Assembly (NCBI RefSeq): GCF_004010195.1
Contig: NC_057728.1
Span: forward strand, 49,530,561 to 49,594,560
Reading direction: 5' to 3'
Source: Chiloscyllium plagiosum
Lineage: Eukaryota
DNA: 64,000 nucleotides
The notes beneath the pieces are model-generated. The model made no database searches. It saw only the letters and a list, made by a program, of their open reading frames with translations, and was not told where the DNA came from. The position numbers and the translations under genes were made by a program. Within the stretch, counting starts at the first letter, position 1. Every line of letters begins with the position of its first letter. This document shows positions 12,688-24,822 of this stretch, piece by piece.

Positions 12688-12972
12688 GCAGTCACACTGC
12701 GGCACAGTGGTTAGCACTGCTGCCTCTCAACACCAGGTACCCGGGTTCGATTCCCACCTCGGTCAACTGTCTGTGTGGAGTTTGCATATTCTCCCAGTGT
12801 GCGTGTGGGTTTCCTCCCACAGTCCAAAGATGTGCCGGTCAGGTGAATTGGCCATGCTAAATTGCCAAGTCAAAGGGTAAATATAGGGTAAGGGAATGGT
12901 TACTCTTCGGAGGGTAGCTGTAGACTTGTTGGGCTGAAAGGCCTGTTTCATACAGTAGGGAATCTAATCTAA
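12688..12972 (+). mobile_element. HE1-type V-SINE, near full length
   Basis: A box ggcacagtggttagc, B box ggttcgattcc, V-domain, tail gggaatctaatcta. Confidence 0.92.
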
Positions 12973-13275
12973 GCAATACATGCAATTGGGAACCTCAAAC
13001 CAAAGGTCAAATGATTTTCTAAAAATGAAAGTGGAACTACATTTTGTGATTTGTATAGTTACCGTCAATGATATTAAACCAAGCTAAATCGGAATATCCA
13101 TTTCATTGTCATATTGTCACTAAATTGATTTTCTGAATTGTTACTTCAGTGTAACTTGCAACGAACAATGCACCTTTGTGGAAACACTGGTATAGTGACA
13201 ATATTACAAGGCTTGCGATCTGGGGCCCTGGCTAATGCACTGTGGACACAGTTTCAAATATCAAATTTAATCTTT

Positions 13276-13379
13276 GATTCGATTTGGATTAGATTCCCTA
13301 CAGTATGCCAACAGGCCCTTTTGGTCCAACAAGTCCACACTGAGGCAGCAGTGCTAACCACTGAGTCAGTGTGCTGCCC
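13276..13379 (-). mobile_element. Internally deleted HE1 SINE (head fused to tail)
   Basis: Tail segment ...aagtccacacTGA joined directly to head segment TGAggcagcagtgctaaccactg. Confidence 0.85.
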
Positions 13380-13415
13380 ATAAACAAAGGCTAGAGCAGT
13401 CAGGCAATCCTGTTT

Positions 13416-13489
13416 TGTCGAAACCCGTGATTGAACCAGGGATCTTTTAGATCTTCAGTGTAACCTTCTCCCAGCTGAGCTACTTCAGC
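13416..13489 (-). pseudogene. tRNA-Phe(GAA) pseudogene
   Basis: Reverse complement GCTGAAGTAGCTCAGCTGGGAGAAGGTTACACTGAAGATCTAAAAGATCCCTGGTTCAATCACGGGTTTCGACA is colinear with vertebrate tRNA-Phe GAA, with about 10 changes that break D-, anticodon-, T- and acceptor-stem pairs; no oligo-T terminator. Confidence 0.85.
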
Positions 13490-14659
13490 TTTGAGCTGCA
13501 AATTCAGATTTATACTAACAAAAGTCTGGATTTTAAAGCTGGTTTCATGGTCACCATTACTGAGTTAATCCTCAATTATGAAAAAAACCCATTTGGTTCA
13601 GTAACTTTTTTTGGAAAGAAAATCTGCCATCCTTGCCCAAGCTGGCCTACATGTGACTTCTATCCTAACCTCATCACCGGATTGTGAACTTGGTCAAAAA
13701 TTGCACATAATTGAATATCTATGTGTAATGACTGAGGCTAGAGGAGTGTAACATTGCCCAAGTCTCAATTCTCCATGGATCACAAACACCATTGAAAATA
13801 GTTTTGCCAGTTTCCAATATGAGCAATCAATCCCTGGCCCATGTCAGATTTTAAGTAATATCCATGACTTGGTATATTAAACACACCTATGGTTGATTGT
13901 AAAAACTGTAAAGGTGCAATAATTGGTTATCCCACAGTAATATTGAAGTATAAACACATATCTCTCCAAACATTCTCAACACACACAAACACTCTCTTTT
14001 TAAAAAAAAAAAGAGGAAAAGGAAATGGTTTCTTCAGAGATTTGGCTTTCTGAAATGACATTTGACCAGCGGGTGGTTATTGAATGCAAAATGATCGTGT
14101 AGGATGTTCTAGAAACTGTTAATCTGATGTTCTGGCACATTATGAAGTCGCGAATCAGACACCATTGACTCCAGTCTTGTAGATATGGCTTGCTTAAGAA
14201 ATGCAATCTTGATTTGTAATTTCTCAATCAGTCTTTCAAAAGAATAAATAGATTTCCCCCTGAATAAATGTAGAGTGTTTTGTTTCCAGAAAGGGTATAG
14301 ATTGGGCTGCTTGTTCTTAGTAAGCTTTCCTCCAACTCTGCTTCCCACTCACTGAACCAGATAAAACAAGAGCCTTGCCAAGTCCATCACTGTTCAAAAA
14401 TAAAAGGCCCCCACCAAGGTTTACGGCAAAGCAAGCAAATACCTCCCAGTCACGTGGCAAGCCTTGTTTAAAAACACAATCTCCAGTATATACAATGACC
14501 TTTCAATGACCTGTTCTGCAAAAACTACTCCAAGAATGTCCAATAGACAGGAAATAAATTATTTTTCCAAGAATCCTTTGATCAAATCTCTACAAGCTAT
14601 GTTAAATGTAAAGTGTCTTATTACCACGAGAGGCTTATTGAATGTTGGCACTGAAATTT

Positions 14660-16850
14660 TAAAATCGTAATGGCTGAAAAGATTGCAAGCGTTTTTTAGA
14701 TATATAAGAGATGAGTGAGGCAAGAGTAGTGATTGGACTGCTGGAAAATGAGCCTAGTGAAGTAAAAATTAGGGAGGTAATTGCCTAGTCGTATTATCGC
14801 TGCACTGTTTATCCAAAAACCCAGGTAACGTTCTATGGACCCAGGTTTGAATCCTGCCACAACAAATGTTGGAATCTGAATTCAGTAAAAACCTGGGAAG
14901 ACCTACTGACATTGTCAATTGTTTGGGAAAGTCCAACTGACTTGCTACTGCTGTTTAGGGAAAGAAACTGCCATTCCTTACCTGGTTTGGCCTACATGCA
15001 ACTCCAGACCCACAGCAATGTGGCTGACCCTTAACTGCCCTCTAGGCAATGAGGGATGGGCAATAAATGCTGACCTAGCTAGTGATGTCCCCATCACCTG
15101 AATGTTTTGTTTTTAAATTTGGCAGAAGAACTGAATAGGTACTTTCCATCAGTCTTCACAGTGGAAGACACCAGTAGCATACCAGAACTTTTGAGAGTCG
15201 GCGTGTAGTGGCCATCCCCTAAGGAGCTGATGCTGGGAAAGCTGAAAGGTCTGGTGGTGGATAAATCATTTGGACTGGATAGACTACACCCTTTGGTTCT
15301 GCAGGAGATGGTGGAGGCATTAGTGGTGATCTGCCAGGCAAGAGCCTAGGCGACAGAAGCAATGAATGTACCACCACTGTTTGAGGCAGAAGACAGGAAA
15401 TTATAGGCCAGTTACCCTGGTCTTAGTCATTGGTCAGACGTTAAAGTCCATTATTAAGGATGAGGTTGTGGAGTACTTGGAAGTACTCTGTAAAATAGGG
15501 CTGAGTCAGTGTGGCTTCAAAGGGAGGTCATGCATGTCAAATCTTAGAATTCTTTAAGGAAGAAATGAGCAAGTTGGATAAAGGAGAGCCTGTGGATGTA
15601 ATCTATTTGGATTTTGAGAAGGCACTCGATAAAGTGCTGCATAGGCTGCTAAATAAGAGCTCATGTTATTAGGGGTAAAGTACTGGCATGGATGGAGAAT
15701 TGGTTGACTGGTAGAATGGAAAGAGCAGGGATAAAGGAGTTTTTCCCAGGATGACATTGGGTGACTAGTAAAGTTTCATGGGTCAGTGTAGGGACAATAA
15801 CTATTAGTATTATACATGAATGATCTGGGCAAAGGAACAGATGCTGTTGCTAAGTTTGCAGATGACACAAAGGTAAGTGGAGGGACAGGTAGTGTTGAGA
15901 AGGTGAGGCTGCGGAAGGACTTGGGCAGGCTAGTAGAATGGGCAAAAAGTGGCAAATGGAATAAAGTGAGTTTATGCACTTTTGGTAGGGAGAATAGAGA
16001 TGTAGACTATTTCTAAATGGGGAAAGGCTTTGGAAATATGAAACAGAGGGACACGGGACTCCCAGTTTAGGATTCTCAAGGTGAACATGCAGGTTCGGTT
16101 GGTAGGTCAGAAGACCAATTCTATGCATTCATTTTAAGAGGGCTAGGTTACAAGAACAATGTCTTGCAGAGGCTGCATAAGGCTCTGGTCAGACCACATT
16201 TTAAATATTGAGCAATTTTGGGCCCTGTATCTATGGAAGGATATACTGTCATTGCACAGGATCCAGAGGAGATTTACAAGAATGATCCTAAGGATGAAGG
16301 TTTTGCCATACGATGAGCAGTTGAGTCTGTACATGAAGTTTAGGAGGACGAGGGTGTGATCTGACTGAAACTTGCAGAACGCTGAGACACCTGGATAGAG
16401 TGGATGTCGAGAAGGTGTTTTCACTCGGGTCGGAGAGACTAGGACCTGAGGGCACAGCCTCTGAGCAAAGTGAGATGAGAATTTTTTCAGCCAAAGAGGC
16501 ATATCACTGAGTGTATTTAGCTGCGAGAGAGAGGTCCTTGATCAGTAAAGGGATCAAAGGTTACAGGGAGAAGGCAGGAGAATGGGGTTGAGAAATATCA
16601 ACTAGGAGAAAGTGAGGACTGCAGATGCTGGAGATCAGAGCTGAAAAATGTGTTGCTGGAAAAGCGCAGCAGGTCAGGCAGTATCCATGGAGCAGGAGAA
16701 GGGCTTATGCCCGAAACATTGATTTTCATGCTCCTTGGATGCTGCCTGACTTGCGCTTTTCCAGCAACACATTTTTCAGTTGAGAAATATCAGCCATAAT
16801 TTGGTCGAGCAGACTCTGGCTGAAGAGTCTAATTCTGCTCCTGTCTCATG
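14660..16850 (+). mobile_element. CR1/HER1 LINE ORF2 relic (reverse transcriptase) with nested SINE (about 14775-15105) and nested palindromic element (16601-16778)
   Basis: Frameshifted RT motifs GNYRPV, VDVIYLDF.KA, AKFADDTK, LVRPH...QFWA, IQRRFTRMI. Confidence 0.9.
16587..16792. mobile_element. Palindromic Penelope-like mini-element with 14-bp target-site duplication
   Basis: gttgagaaatatca at 16587-16600 and 16779-16792; about 60-bp inverted arms ctgaaaaatgtgttgctggaaaagcgca / tgcgcttttccagcaacacatttttcag. Confidence 0.8.
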
Positions 16851-17329
16851 GGAAAGAATCTTTAAATTCAAACCAGGCTGTTCAAGGGTGATTTGCTGAA
16901 GCACCTTTCCCACACCAAGGGGAGTGGGAATGCAGAACACTGCTCCTTGTTGGTGCTGCTTCCACTCAGTTACTTTGAGGTCAATTAGCACACTTCACTT
17001 CCCCCACTTAATCCTGCTTGTCCCCCTCCCAGCCTGGCTTTCCAATGTGATTAGTCCCTAGTTTATGCTTGCTTCTTAGTTTTATCTTTGTCTGAAGATT
17101 ATTTCCCCTGCATCTCTTCACACAGATGACTTGGCAAGGTGACTACACTGTTGAGGTAGCAAGCTAACAACCTGTTCACCCATCACCTGACTTGCCCCTG
17201 AGAGTTTGGTTATAACACTGCTATTAGCGCAAGTCATTAAACATTTAATTAAAACTATATAATGTTGAAAATTGGTTACAGTAAGATTTACATCTTGAGA
17301 ATAACTTATCTAAATATTTATTTTTTCAG

Positions 17330-17366
17330 CTGTATGAGAGAGTTGCACTGTTTCTGACCAATTTAG
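17330..17366 (+). CDS. ANO4: ANO4 coding exon: LYERVALFLTNL(E)
   Basis: Acceptor ttttttcAG, donor G|GTAAGT; 37 nt, frame-consistent. Confidence 0.93.
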
Positions 17367-17994
17367 GTAAGTCTGTGTGGTTTTTCTGATGCAGTATACC
17401 AGGGGAGGCTTCGGTGAGCATTAGTGTGAGCTCTAAGAGAGCAGGTAATTTTAGGGTTCACCATGGGGCTGGCATGAATGTTACTAGAAGAAGATAAACT
17501 TCTCAGGATGAACTATTGAGGGAAGATCCCATGATCTTGAAGTATGACATGGTAGTCAAATGAACCAGCATAGAGAGGCTATTTGGCCCATTGTTTCTAT
17601 GCTGCTTTGTGAAGAAAATCCAGTTAGTTCCACACTCCCTATTCTTTCTTTCCCAATAGCCCTGAAAACAACCACTTTGAAGATTTTTAATCTAAATCTC
17701 TCTCTTAAGTTACTGTTGAATCTTTTCCACTGTGCATTCCAGACCATGACAACATTTTAAAAAAAAAAAACACTCATCTGCTCTGGTTCTATTTCCAAAT
17801 TCACCTTTTTGCAGATTAAACATCACTGTTCCAGGCGTCTGGCACTGGTTTGGTTGATGTTTGCTGATGACAAAATATAATGAGCTACAATTTGACACTT
17901 TTAGATTATTTTTCCTTTTCTTTAGCATGGTACATCACTCTCTAGCAAGAAGGTAGATGATGTTTTTGAGTTGTTGATATTCGTGATGTGTTTA

Positions 17995-18203
17995 AAAAAA
18001 AAGTGAAGCTGCCATAGTCTTACCAGACCATAGGGCTACTCGCTCTAACCACCAGTCACCTTGCTGGTGATTTCACCTCGGGGTCACTATGCCACAGGTG
18101 AGGGGAAGAGATTGGTTAGGCAGGTCCTCTGGCTGAGGTTACCACAATGTGGGAATTGAACCCACACTGCTGGCAAGCCAGCCATCCAGCCAACTGAGCT
18201 AAC
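17995..18203 (-). mobile_element. tRNA-derived SINE of a further family (possibly UCON3-like)
   Basis: Minus strand gttagctcagttggctgg (A box)...gtgggttcaattccc (B box)...gactatggcagcttcactttt tail; family name uncertain. Confidence 0.6.
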
Positions 18204-18639
18204 TATGTGTAACTGTCGCCAACACTGGGGTTGAATTCCCACTGATTCTTCCCTTTCTATCCCCCCCACCCACAACCCTTTTCATCTTCACCATTCTATC
18301 TGCAGTGTGGATCCGTTCTATGTCCCTCCATGGCAGAGCTAAACACCAACTTCACCTTGTAGGGAATCAGAATTTCTGATATTGTGCAAAAGGGGGCAAT
18401 TTAATAATTGAGTAGAGAAAAATCCTTACCTCTTGATTATCTTGTACAGTAAGACTGAATGAGAGGACATGAATTTTATCTGAACCAATTTCCAGAACGT
18501 GTATCGAAAAGCTCTTATTTTAACCCAATGGGAATAGTGAGAATGTTTCTTGAGCTTTGTAATACCCTGTCAATTGATTTATCACTGGATTGCAAAGTCA
18601 AAAAGATGGTAGAACAGGTTGAGGGCATGGTTACTGACA

Positions 18640-19180
18640 GTGAATCCTAGGCCTTGTCAGAATTTGATCAGGTTATGGACTAAGAGTAAGGAACTTGTGT
18701 TGAACTCGTACAAGACACAAGAGCATTACATTTCAGGAACACATTAGAGTGAGTGCTGAATAGGTTTCCAAGACTGGTTCCAGAGATGAGCTTCCATTTT
18801 GAAAATATATATTGGAGAATTTAGGACAGTTTTCCTTGGACAAGAGGAGGTAGTCCAAACCATGAGTGTGTACAGAGGAGATGGGGAGAAACTGTTTCTA
18901 TTCATGAAAAGATTGAGAACAAGAGGGTGCAGATTTAAAGGAATTGGCAAAGTGATATGAGAGAAATCTTTCTCATGCAGCAAGTGGTTAGGGCCTGGAA
19001 AATGCACTGCCTGGGAGAGTGGTGCAGACAGATTCAATCGAGGATTCCAAAGAGAATTGGACTATTAGCTGAAAAGGAAGAGTGTAGTGATAGCAGTAGA
19101 ATAGTATGAGGTGAGTTGAACATTCAAAGAGCTAGTATAGACGTAATGGGCTATATGATGACCATCTGTTCTGTAAGTAA
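18640..19180 (+). mobile_element. CR1-type LINE 3' fragment
   Basis: Degenerate RT C-terminus (gagaacaagagggtgcagatttaa...tggaaaatgcactgcctg). Confidence 0.7.
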
Positions 19181-19265
19181 CTTTAATCTATATTATCCAT
19201 AGAAGTAAAGGTAGATAATGATTAGTGTAAGACTATCTTTGAAAAGTCTCCAACTCAAGGAGTGA

Positions 19266-19415
<150 letters not shown>

Positions 19416-19690
19416 TAAGTCTATTCCTTGAATAATTGGTTTGTCTTTCATTCAGAAAGAGTGCTAGTAAGTCAGACTGCAATGTGTCAGCATTGTTTAG
19501 CATCTACTTGCAAGTTTCATAGCCAGAGGGCCCTTGATGATAAAAACACAGCCCGTTATCCCTAGGATTGCACTGTCATAAAGTTCAGGGAACTCAGGTT
19601 GTTTCATTTTGAGATCTGGGTGTCACTGGCTAGGCCAGCATTTAATACCCATACCTAATTGCCTAGAGGGCAGCGAAGAGTCAATGACAT

Positions 19691-20106
19691 GAGCTATAGG
19701 GAGAGGCTGAATAGACTGGAGCTATATTCCCTGGAGCATCAGAGGCTGAGTGGTGACCTTAGAGGTTTAAAAGATCGAGGACATGCATAGGGCACATAGC
19801 CTAAGTCTTTTTCCCAGTACAGTATAGGGGAATGCAAAACTAGAGGTTTAAGGTGAGAGGGGAAAGATAGACCTAAGGGGCAACTTTTTCATGCAGGGGA
19901 TGGTATGTGTGTGGAATGAGCTGCCAGAGAAACTGGTGGAGGCTGGTACAATTACAACATTTAAATGGCATCTGGATGGGTATATGAATAGGAAACGTTT
20001 AAAAGGATATGGGCCAATTGCTGGAAAATGGGACCAGATTAGGTTAGGATATCTGGTGGGCATGGACGAGTTGGACCAAAGGATTTGTTTTCATGCTGTA
20101 TAACAC
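19691..20106 (+). mobile_element. HER1 LINE 3' end inserted in an antisense SINE (about 19600-20320), 6-bp target-site duplication
   Basis: gagctatagggagaggctgaatag...gggcaactttttc...tggaatgagctgccagag; tgacat at 19685-19690 and 20107-20112. Confidence 0.85.
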
Positions 20107-20839
20107 TGACATTGCTGTAGGTCTGGAGTCTCACATCGATCAGATCTGGTAAGGATGACAGTTTTCATTCCCTAAAGGGCATTTGTGAGCCACGTAGGGT
20201 TTAAAACAACTGGTAATAATTGTCATGATCACGGAGATTGGCTCTCGATTCCAGATTTATTAATTATATTTAAAATCCACAAGCTGCTGAGATTAGAGTT
20301 GAACCCATGTCCTCCAAGCATTTATAAATTGATGTGTTCATTCAATTGTCCATCTATATAATATTTACAGCTATTAATTAAATATTGTTATATTATAATC
20401 TTGTTCCTTGTAAGGAGTTGGAATAGTAATTCCAATTGTGGAATTGATTTATATGCTCATTACATCAAAAAAAGTTATCTTGTACTTTTAACGAGGTAAA
20501 ATGTTCTAGAATGGCTTATGGTTGCACAATGAGACAGCTACGTAAGGAGTTATTAGGACAGATGAACGTCAGCTTGGTTGAAGGTAGATTTTAAGACCAA
20601 ACTTATATGGCATCCCACTGATCTTCCTTCACCTGACCTTACCTCTCTGGGCCATCAAGTTCTACAAGGCAAAGCAGACCACCAAAGTGAGAGACAAACT
20701 AAAGAACATTTCAAGTCCTGTGATGTCTTTGAGCAGTGATAATGCTGCTAACTGTGAGCCAGAAAATCCCACATTCAATCTCCCCTCAGGATGTTACCTG
20801 TGTTATGACACATTAATATATAGGCTGCATTATCAAATA

Positions 20840-21190
20840 AAAACAGCCAAAATACTACAGATGCTGGAGGTCTGAAATAAAAACAACAGAGTCCAATGAT
20901 TCACAACATTAGGGGTCGGCAAATGGTGTTTTATTCTATTGGGAAGAAAGTGAGGAGGGGCAAGTGGAACAGATGATGGGGGTGGGTGGGTGGGGGTGAT
21001 GGGGATGGGGTGGTGGTCGAGGAGGAGAGTGTCCAGAGCAAAAGACAAAGGGAGCAGGGCTGAGATGTGAAGGGAAGGTGCTAATAGCAGTAAATGGGTC
21101 AACTGTAATGACGGCAAATCTGTATCCAGCTAATGTGCCTATAGCAGGTGATAACAACAGGATCACTTTCCTTTTCTATTCTGCCACAAC
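20840..21190. mobile_element. Penelope-like element fragment with G-rich tract
   Basis: aaatactacagatgctggaggtctgaaataaaaac terminus shared with the 9480, 38000 and 60975 copies. Confidence 0.5.
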
Positions 21191-21404
21191 TCTGTACTAG
21201 TTGCAGAATAACAGCTTCCCCATGTTAAAGAATTCTATGCATGCATTCTTGCTGTGTATAATCCACATGCCAAAAATGTCTCTTTTTCTTCCCCCCCCAT
21301 CTTCCTCTGTAACGCATGTACAATGTTTTCTCACACACCTATTCTGAAGAGCTCTATCTGACCAGCCAATGCAAAAACAGAAGGGTAAGACATGCAGTTT
21401 GTGG

Positions 21405-21735
21405 AATCCAGAATCCCTACAGTGTGAAATGAGGCCGTTTTGACCCATCGAGTCTGCACCCACCCTCCAAAAAGCATCCCACCCAGGACAAGCTCTGTAC
21501 CCTATCCAGTAACCCTGCAGTTCCCATGGCTAATCCACATGCATTTCCCTGGACACTGGGGTAATTTAGCATGGCCAATACACATAATCTGCACATTTTT
21601 GGACTTTGGGAGGAAACCTATACAGACACTTTGTCTGCATGGGGTTAACAGATTTTCATTCGCCTGAGGTTAGAATTGAACCCAGGTCCCTGGTGCTGTG
21701 AGGCAGCAGTGCTAACCACTGAGCCAGTGTGCAGC
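21405..21735 (-). mobile_element. HE1-type V-SINE
   Basis: ccctacagtgtg tail to tgtgaggcagcagtgctaaccactgagcc head. Confidence 0.9.
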
Positions 21736-21938
21736 AATTCTGCAGTTTCTACAATTGCTGTATTTGAACTCGTTGCATGAATTCTCAGCAGTAAAATAAT
21801 GTCAACTATCCATTTCAATTGAACATTTAAGTCTTCCTTTTTCACTCTGGAGGAGAATCTGCTTCCTTCGTTGATGTTAAGTAGATATTTTGTGATGTGC
21901 CACTGTTAAATTAGTGATTATACTTTTTTTTTTCTCAG

Positions 21939-21996
21939 ATTAACAGGACGCCCAGGAGCCTATTTGAGAGTCTTGAACAGGTGGAGGTTGGAGGAG
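21939..21996 (+). CDS. ANO4: ANO4 coding exon: LTGRPGAYLRVLNRWRLEE
   Basis: Acceptor tttctcAG, donor GAG|GTTAGT. Confidence 0.94.
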
Positions 21997-22339
21997 GTTA
22001 GTAACTCAAACTGGAATCATGTATTGCAGGGGAATAAAAACTGTCAGCCAGCATGTTATCAAAGTTAATATGTTTTAAACATTTGTGTTACTGTCTGACA
22101 AGATGGCAGTTGTGCAGCTCAATTCTATTCTTGGCTAGTTTCTCAAACACCAATAACTCTCCAAGTTGCCCTTTGCATTTAACCAACACCTTCAGAGTGC
22201 CCAATCCCTACAGTGTCTCGCTGATTATTTTGCTTCGATTTCTTCCGATATTTTGTCTTAAAATATAGTTACCTGAGCCATCTGCTCCACATTTGAAGAT
22301 TAACTGGATCTCTTGCCAGCTTCTCACTCTGCTGTACAG

Positions 22340-22790
22340 ATTAGATGAAATGTGAATTTTTTTTTTTGCTAGGGGTTTGGAATGTAAAAGTATGGAAATC
22401 TTGATACAACTATGTGCAGGGTGTGGTTGAGGCTGCACTGGGGGTGCTGTGTACAGTTTAATTCTTCTGTTCTGGTCCTTGCTTTTTGCATTGGAAGCAA
22501 ATGAAGAGATTCACTCGGCTGATTCCTAGGATGATGCAGTTGACTTGTCAAGAACAACTGAACAAGTTAGGCTTTTGATCATTTAAAGTTTAGTGGAATG
22601 AAGGGTGATCTCATTGAAACCTGTAAGATTCTGAGGAAACTTGACAGAGTAGATGTCCTCAACTCTCCTCTGATTCTTTCAATTACATTGCCTCAGGATG
22701 AGTAGCACAACATTGCTGTTTGTCATTTTTATAAATGACCTGGAAGAGGGGTTAGAAGGTTGGGTGAGCAAGTTTGCGGATGATACATGT
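22340..22790 (+). mobile_element. CR1 LINE fragments
   Basis: LFVIFINDLEEG..GWVSKFADDT at 22698-22790; ggtgatctcattgaaacctgtaagatt. Confidence 0.8.
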
Positions 22791-23639
22791 AGGACAGTCT
22801 GGAATGACTATGGGGTCTTGATGGTGATTGTTCTAAACAGTCCAAAAAATATTTCAAACTTATCCAACTGTTTAAAAGATAATTATGTCAACAAAGCTAC
22901 AATGCTGGAATTAATACTGGCGACATAAGATGGAGGAGTTAAGAGCCTGTTTAAAGAGTACAGTCTGGTTTTCTTTCTTCTTTTGTACAAAGCAATGAAC
23001 TCTGTGGAGTCCTGGATATGGTAATGGCCAACAAAATGCTTGGTGTTGATCAATTGTGTTTTGGTATTGGGATATCGATTTATCAAAGTATTAGGCAATG
23101 GTAGGACAGTCTTTTGTGTGAATTCTGGTAGTGCAGCTCCTGCACTTCCAAAAACACATTGGGATGTATCTTTGCTAAACAGTCTTCAACTGTTTTCAGT
23201 CTGATGCCTCTTGGCCAAACTGCCATGACTGTGGGCAGTGACCATTGCTCTGATAAATGGGTGCCTCTCATTTGGCTGCTACATAATTGATATTCAGGAG
23301 GAATTGATCTTTCCAGTTGGAATCTGGCAAGTTTCCAATCCGTATTCATTTGCTTATACATCTCCCCTGACTTTTGTTTTTTAACTTTCACTCTCCTTTC
23401 CTCATGCTTTTCATGTTCTCTTTCTCTCCTGTACTTCCTCACTTTTATCCATCTCTGTCACACTTTTTAACCCCCTTTCTTCTGTTTCCTGTGCCTGTCT
23501 CTGAACCTAGACTGAATACACAATTTTTCTTGTACTAGAATGGTCTCATTTAAGTTGACTTACAAAAATCAAACAAGGTATTAGAACGTGATATTTTCTT
23601 CTACATTAATTTATTTTTCAATTCAATCTTTGCATCACT

Positions 23640-24065
23640 GCAAAATGAATCGACTTGTATTTATGTAACTCCTTTCCTGACCTTGGGTCATCTTGCAATA
23701 CTTTTAAAGCTAAAGAACTCCTTATAAAGTGTAGTCAATGCTGTATTATAGTACACATGGCAACCAATTTGCACACAGCAAACTCCCACAAGCAGCAATG
23801 TATTAATGACAGGATAATTAAGTTGTAGGCCTTAGGATTCTGAGATGCACGTGCCATCTCTTTCTCTTCTGAATAGTGTCTGAGAGATTCCTTACAGGGA
23901 AGGAGGAGTGGAGGCTCCATTGTAGTGATCTACTTAATAAATGGCACTGGCAACAGAGCAGCACTGCCCTCAGTCCTGTCTTTGGGAGGCTTCAGAATGG
24001 GACTGGAAGCTATGACTTTCAGGTTTTTTTGAGATGAATGTGTTTCCCGTTTAGCCACAGCCATC
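23640..24065 (-). mobile_element. Deu-domain tRNA-SINE (SacSINE1-like)
   Basis: gcaaccaatttgcacacagcaaactcccacaagcagcaatg and gcagcactgccctcag; reverse complement of the family at 2230. Confidence 0.7.
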
Positions 24066-24157
24066 AGCTGCAAAATGTTGCTGTGCTGACCGGAACATTC
24101 CATTGCTCGTTTGTTTAATGTCCATCTCGTGCTTTGCTTTTTATCTTTAATTTGCAG

Positions 24158-24255
24158 TGCCACCCGAGTGGTTGCCTTATCGACCTGTGTTTGCAAATGG
24201 GAATCATCATGGTGTTGAAACAGAGCTGGAATAACTTCATGGAGCTTGGCTACCC
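24158..24255 (+). CDS. ANO4: ANO4 coding exon: [32 protein letters not shown](P)
   Basis: Acceptor ttgcAG, donor CC|GTAAGT; TM6 with the Ca2+-coordinating Glu. Confidence 0.95.
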
Positions 24256-24822
24256 GTAAGTAAAGGCCTGGTCGGTGACTTGCGCAGAAGCTAATTTTGC
24301 TTCTGTGTACTCACTCCATTGTTGGCCCAATAAATCCTGAGGACTGCCGGTGGTATGCCTGCTGCATGTTTGATGTTTAACTGGTAGATATTGGTCTCTA
24401 TCCCCCACTTAGAATGTAGGCTCATTTGTAGCTGCCCTTGCATTTCCCGATCTCCCAATTCACTCCAAGTGTGGAGCATAGCAGTGCCTGCCACCCTGTC
24501 AAAACAAAAACCGAAACTTGGCAAGTCAATCTTTGGAAACTGAGGCAGGAAATGAGTGTAACTTGTCTAGTTGGTATTAGCTTGCCCCTATTCTTGAGAC
24601 ATTCTTCCCCGGTTTCCATAGTAACACTGGATCTGTGACAATTCCAAGTATAGACCCATTGGTGGAATCTGTAAAAGGGCGAGGTGGAAGATCCAAAGGC
24701 AGAAATGTAACTTCCCTTCTCTTCATTTGAACCCATTTCCCACTGCATCTGAGAGAAAAAATACTGGTCAGAACAGTAATTAAACAGCCAAGTTCTGATA
24801 CCCCGCTCAGACCACAAGTATT

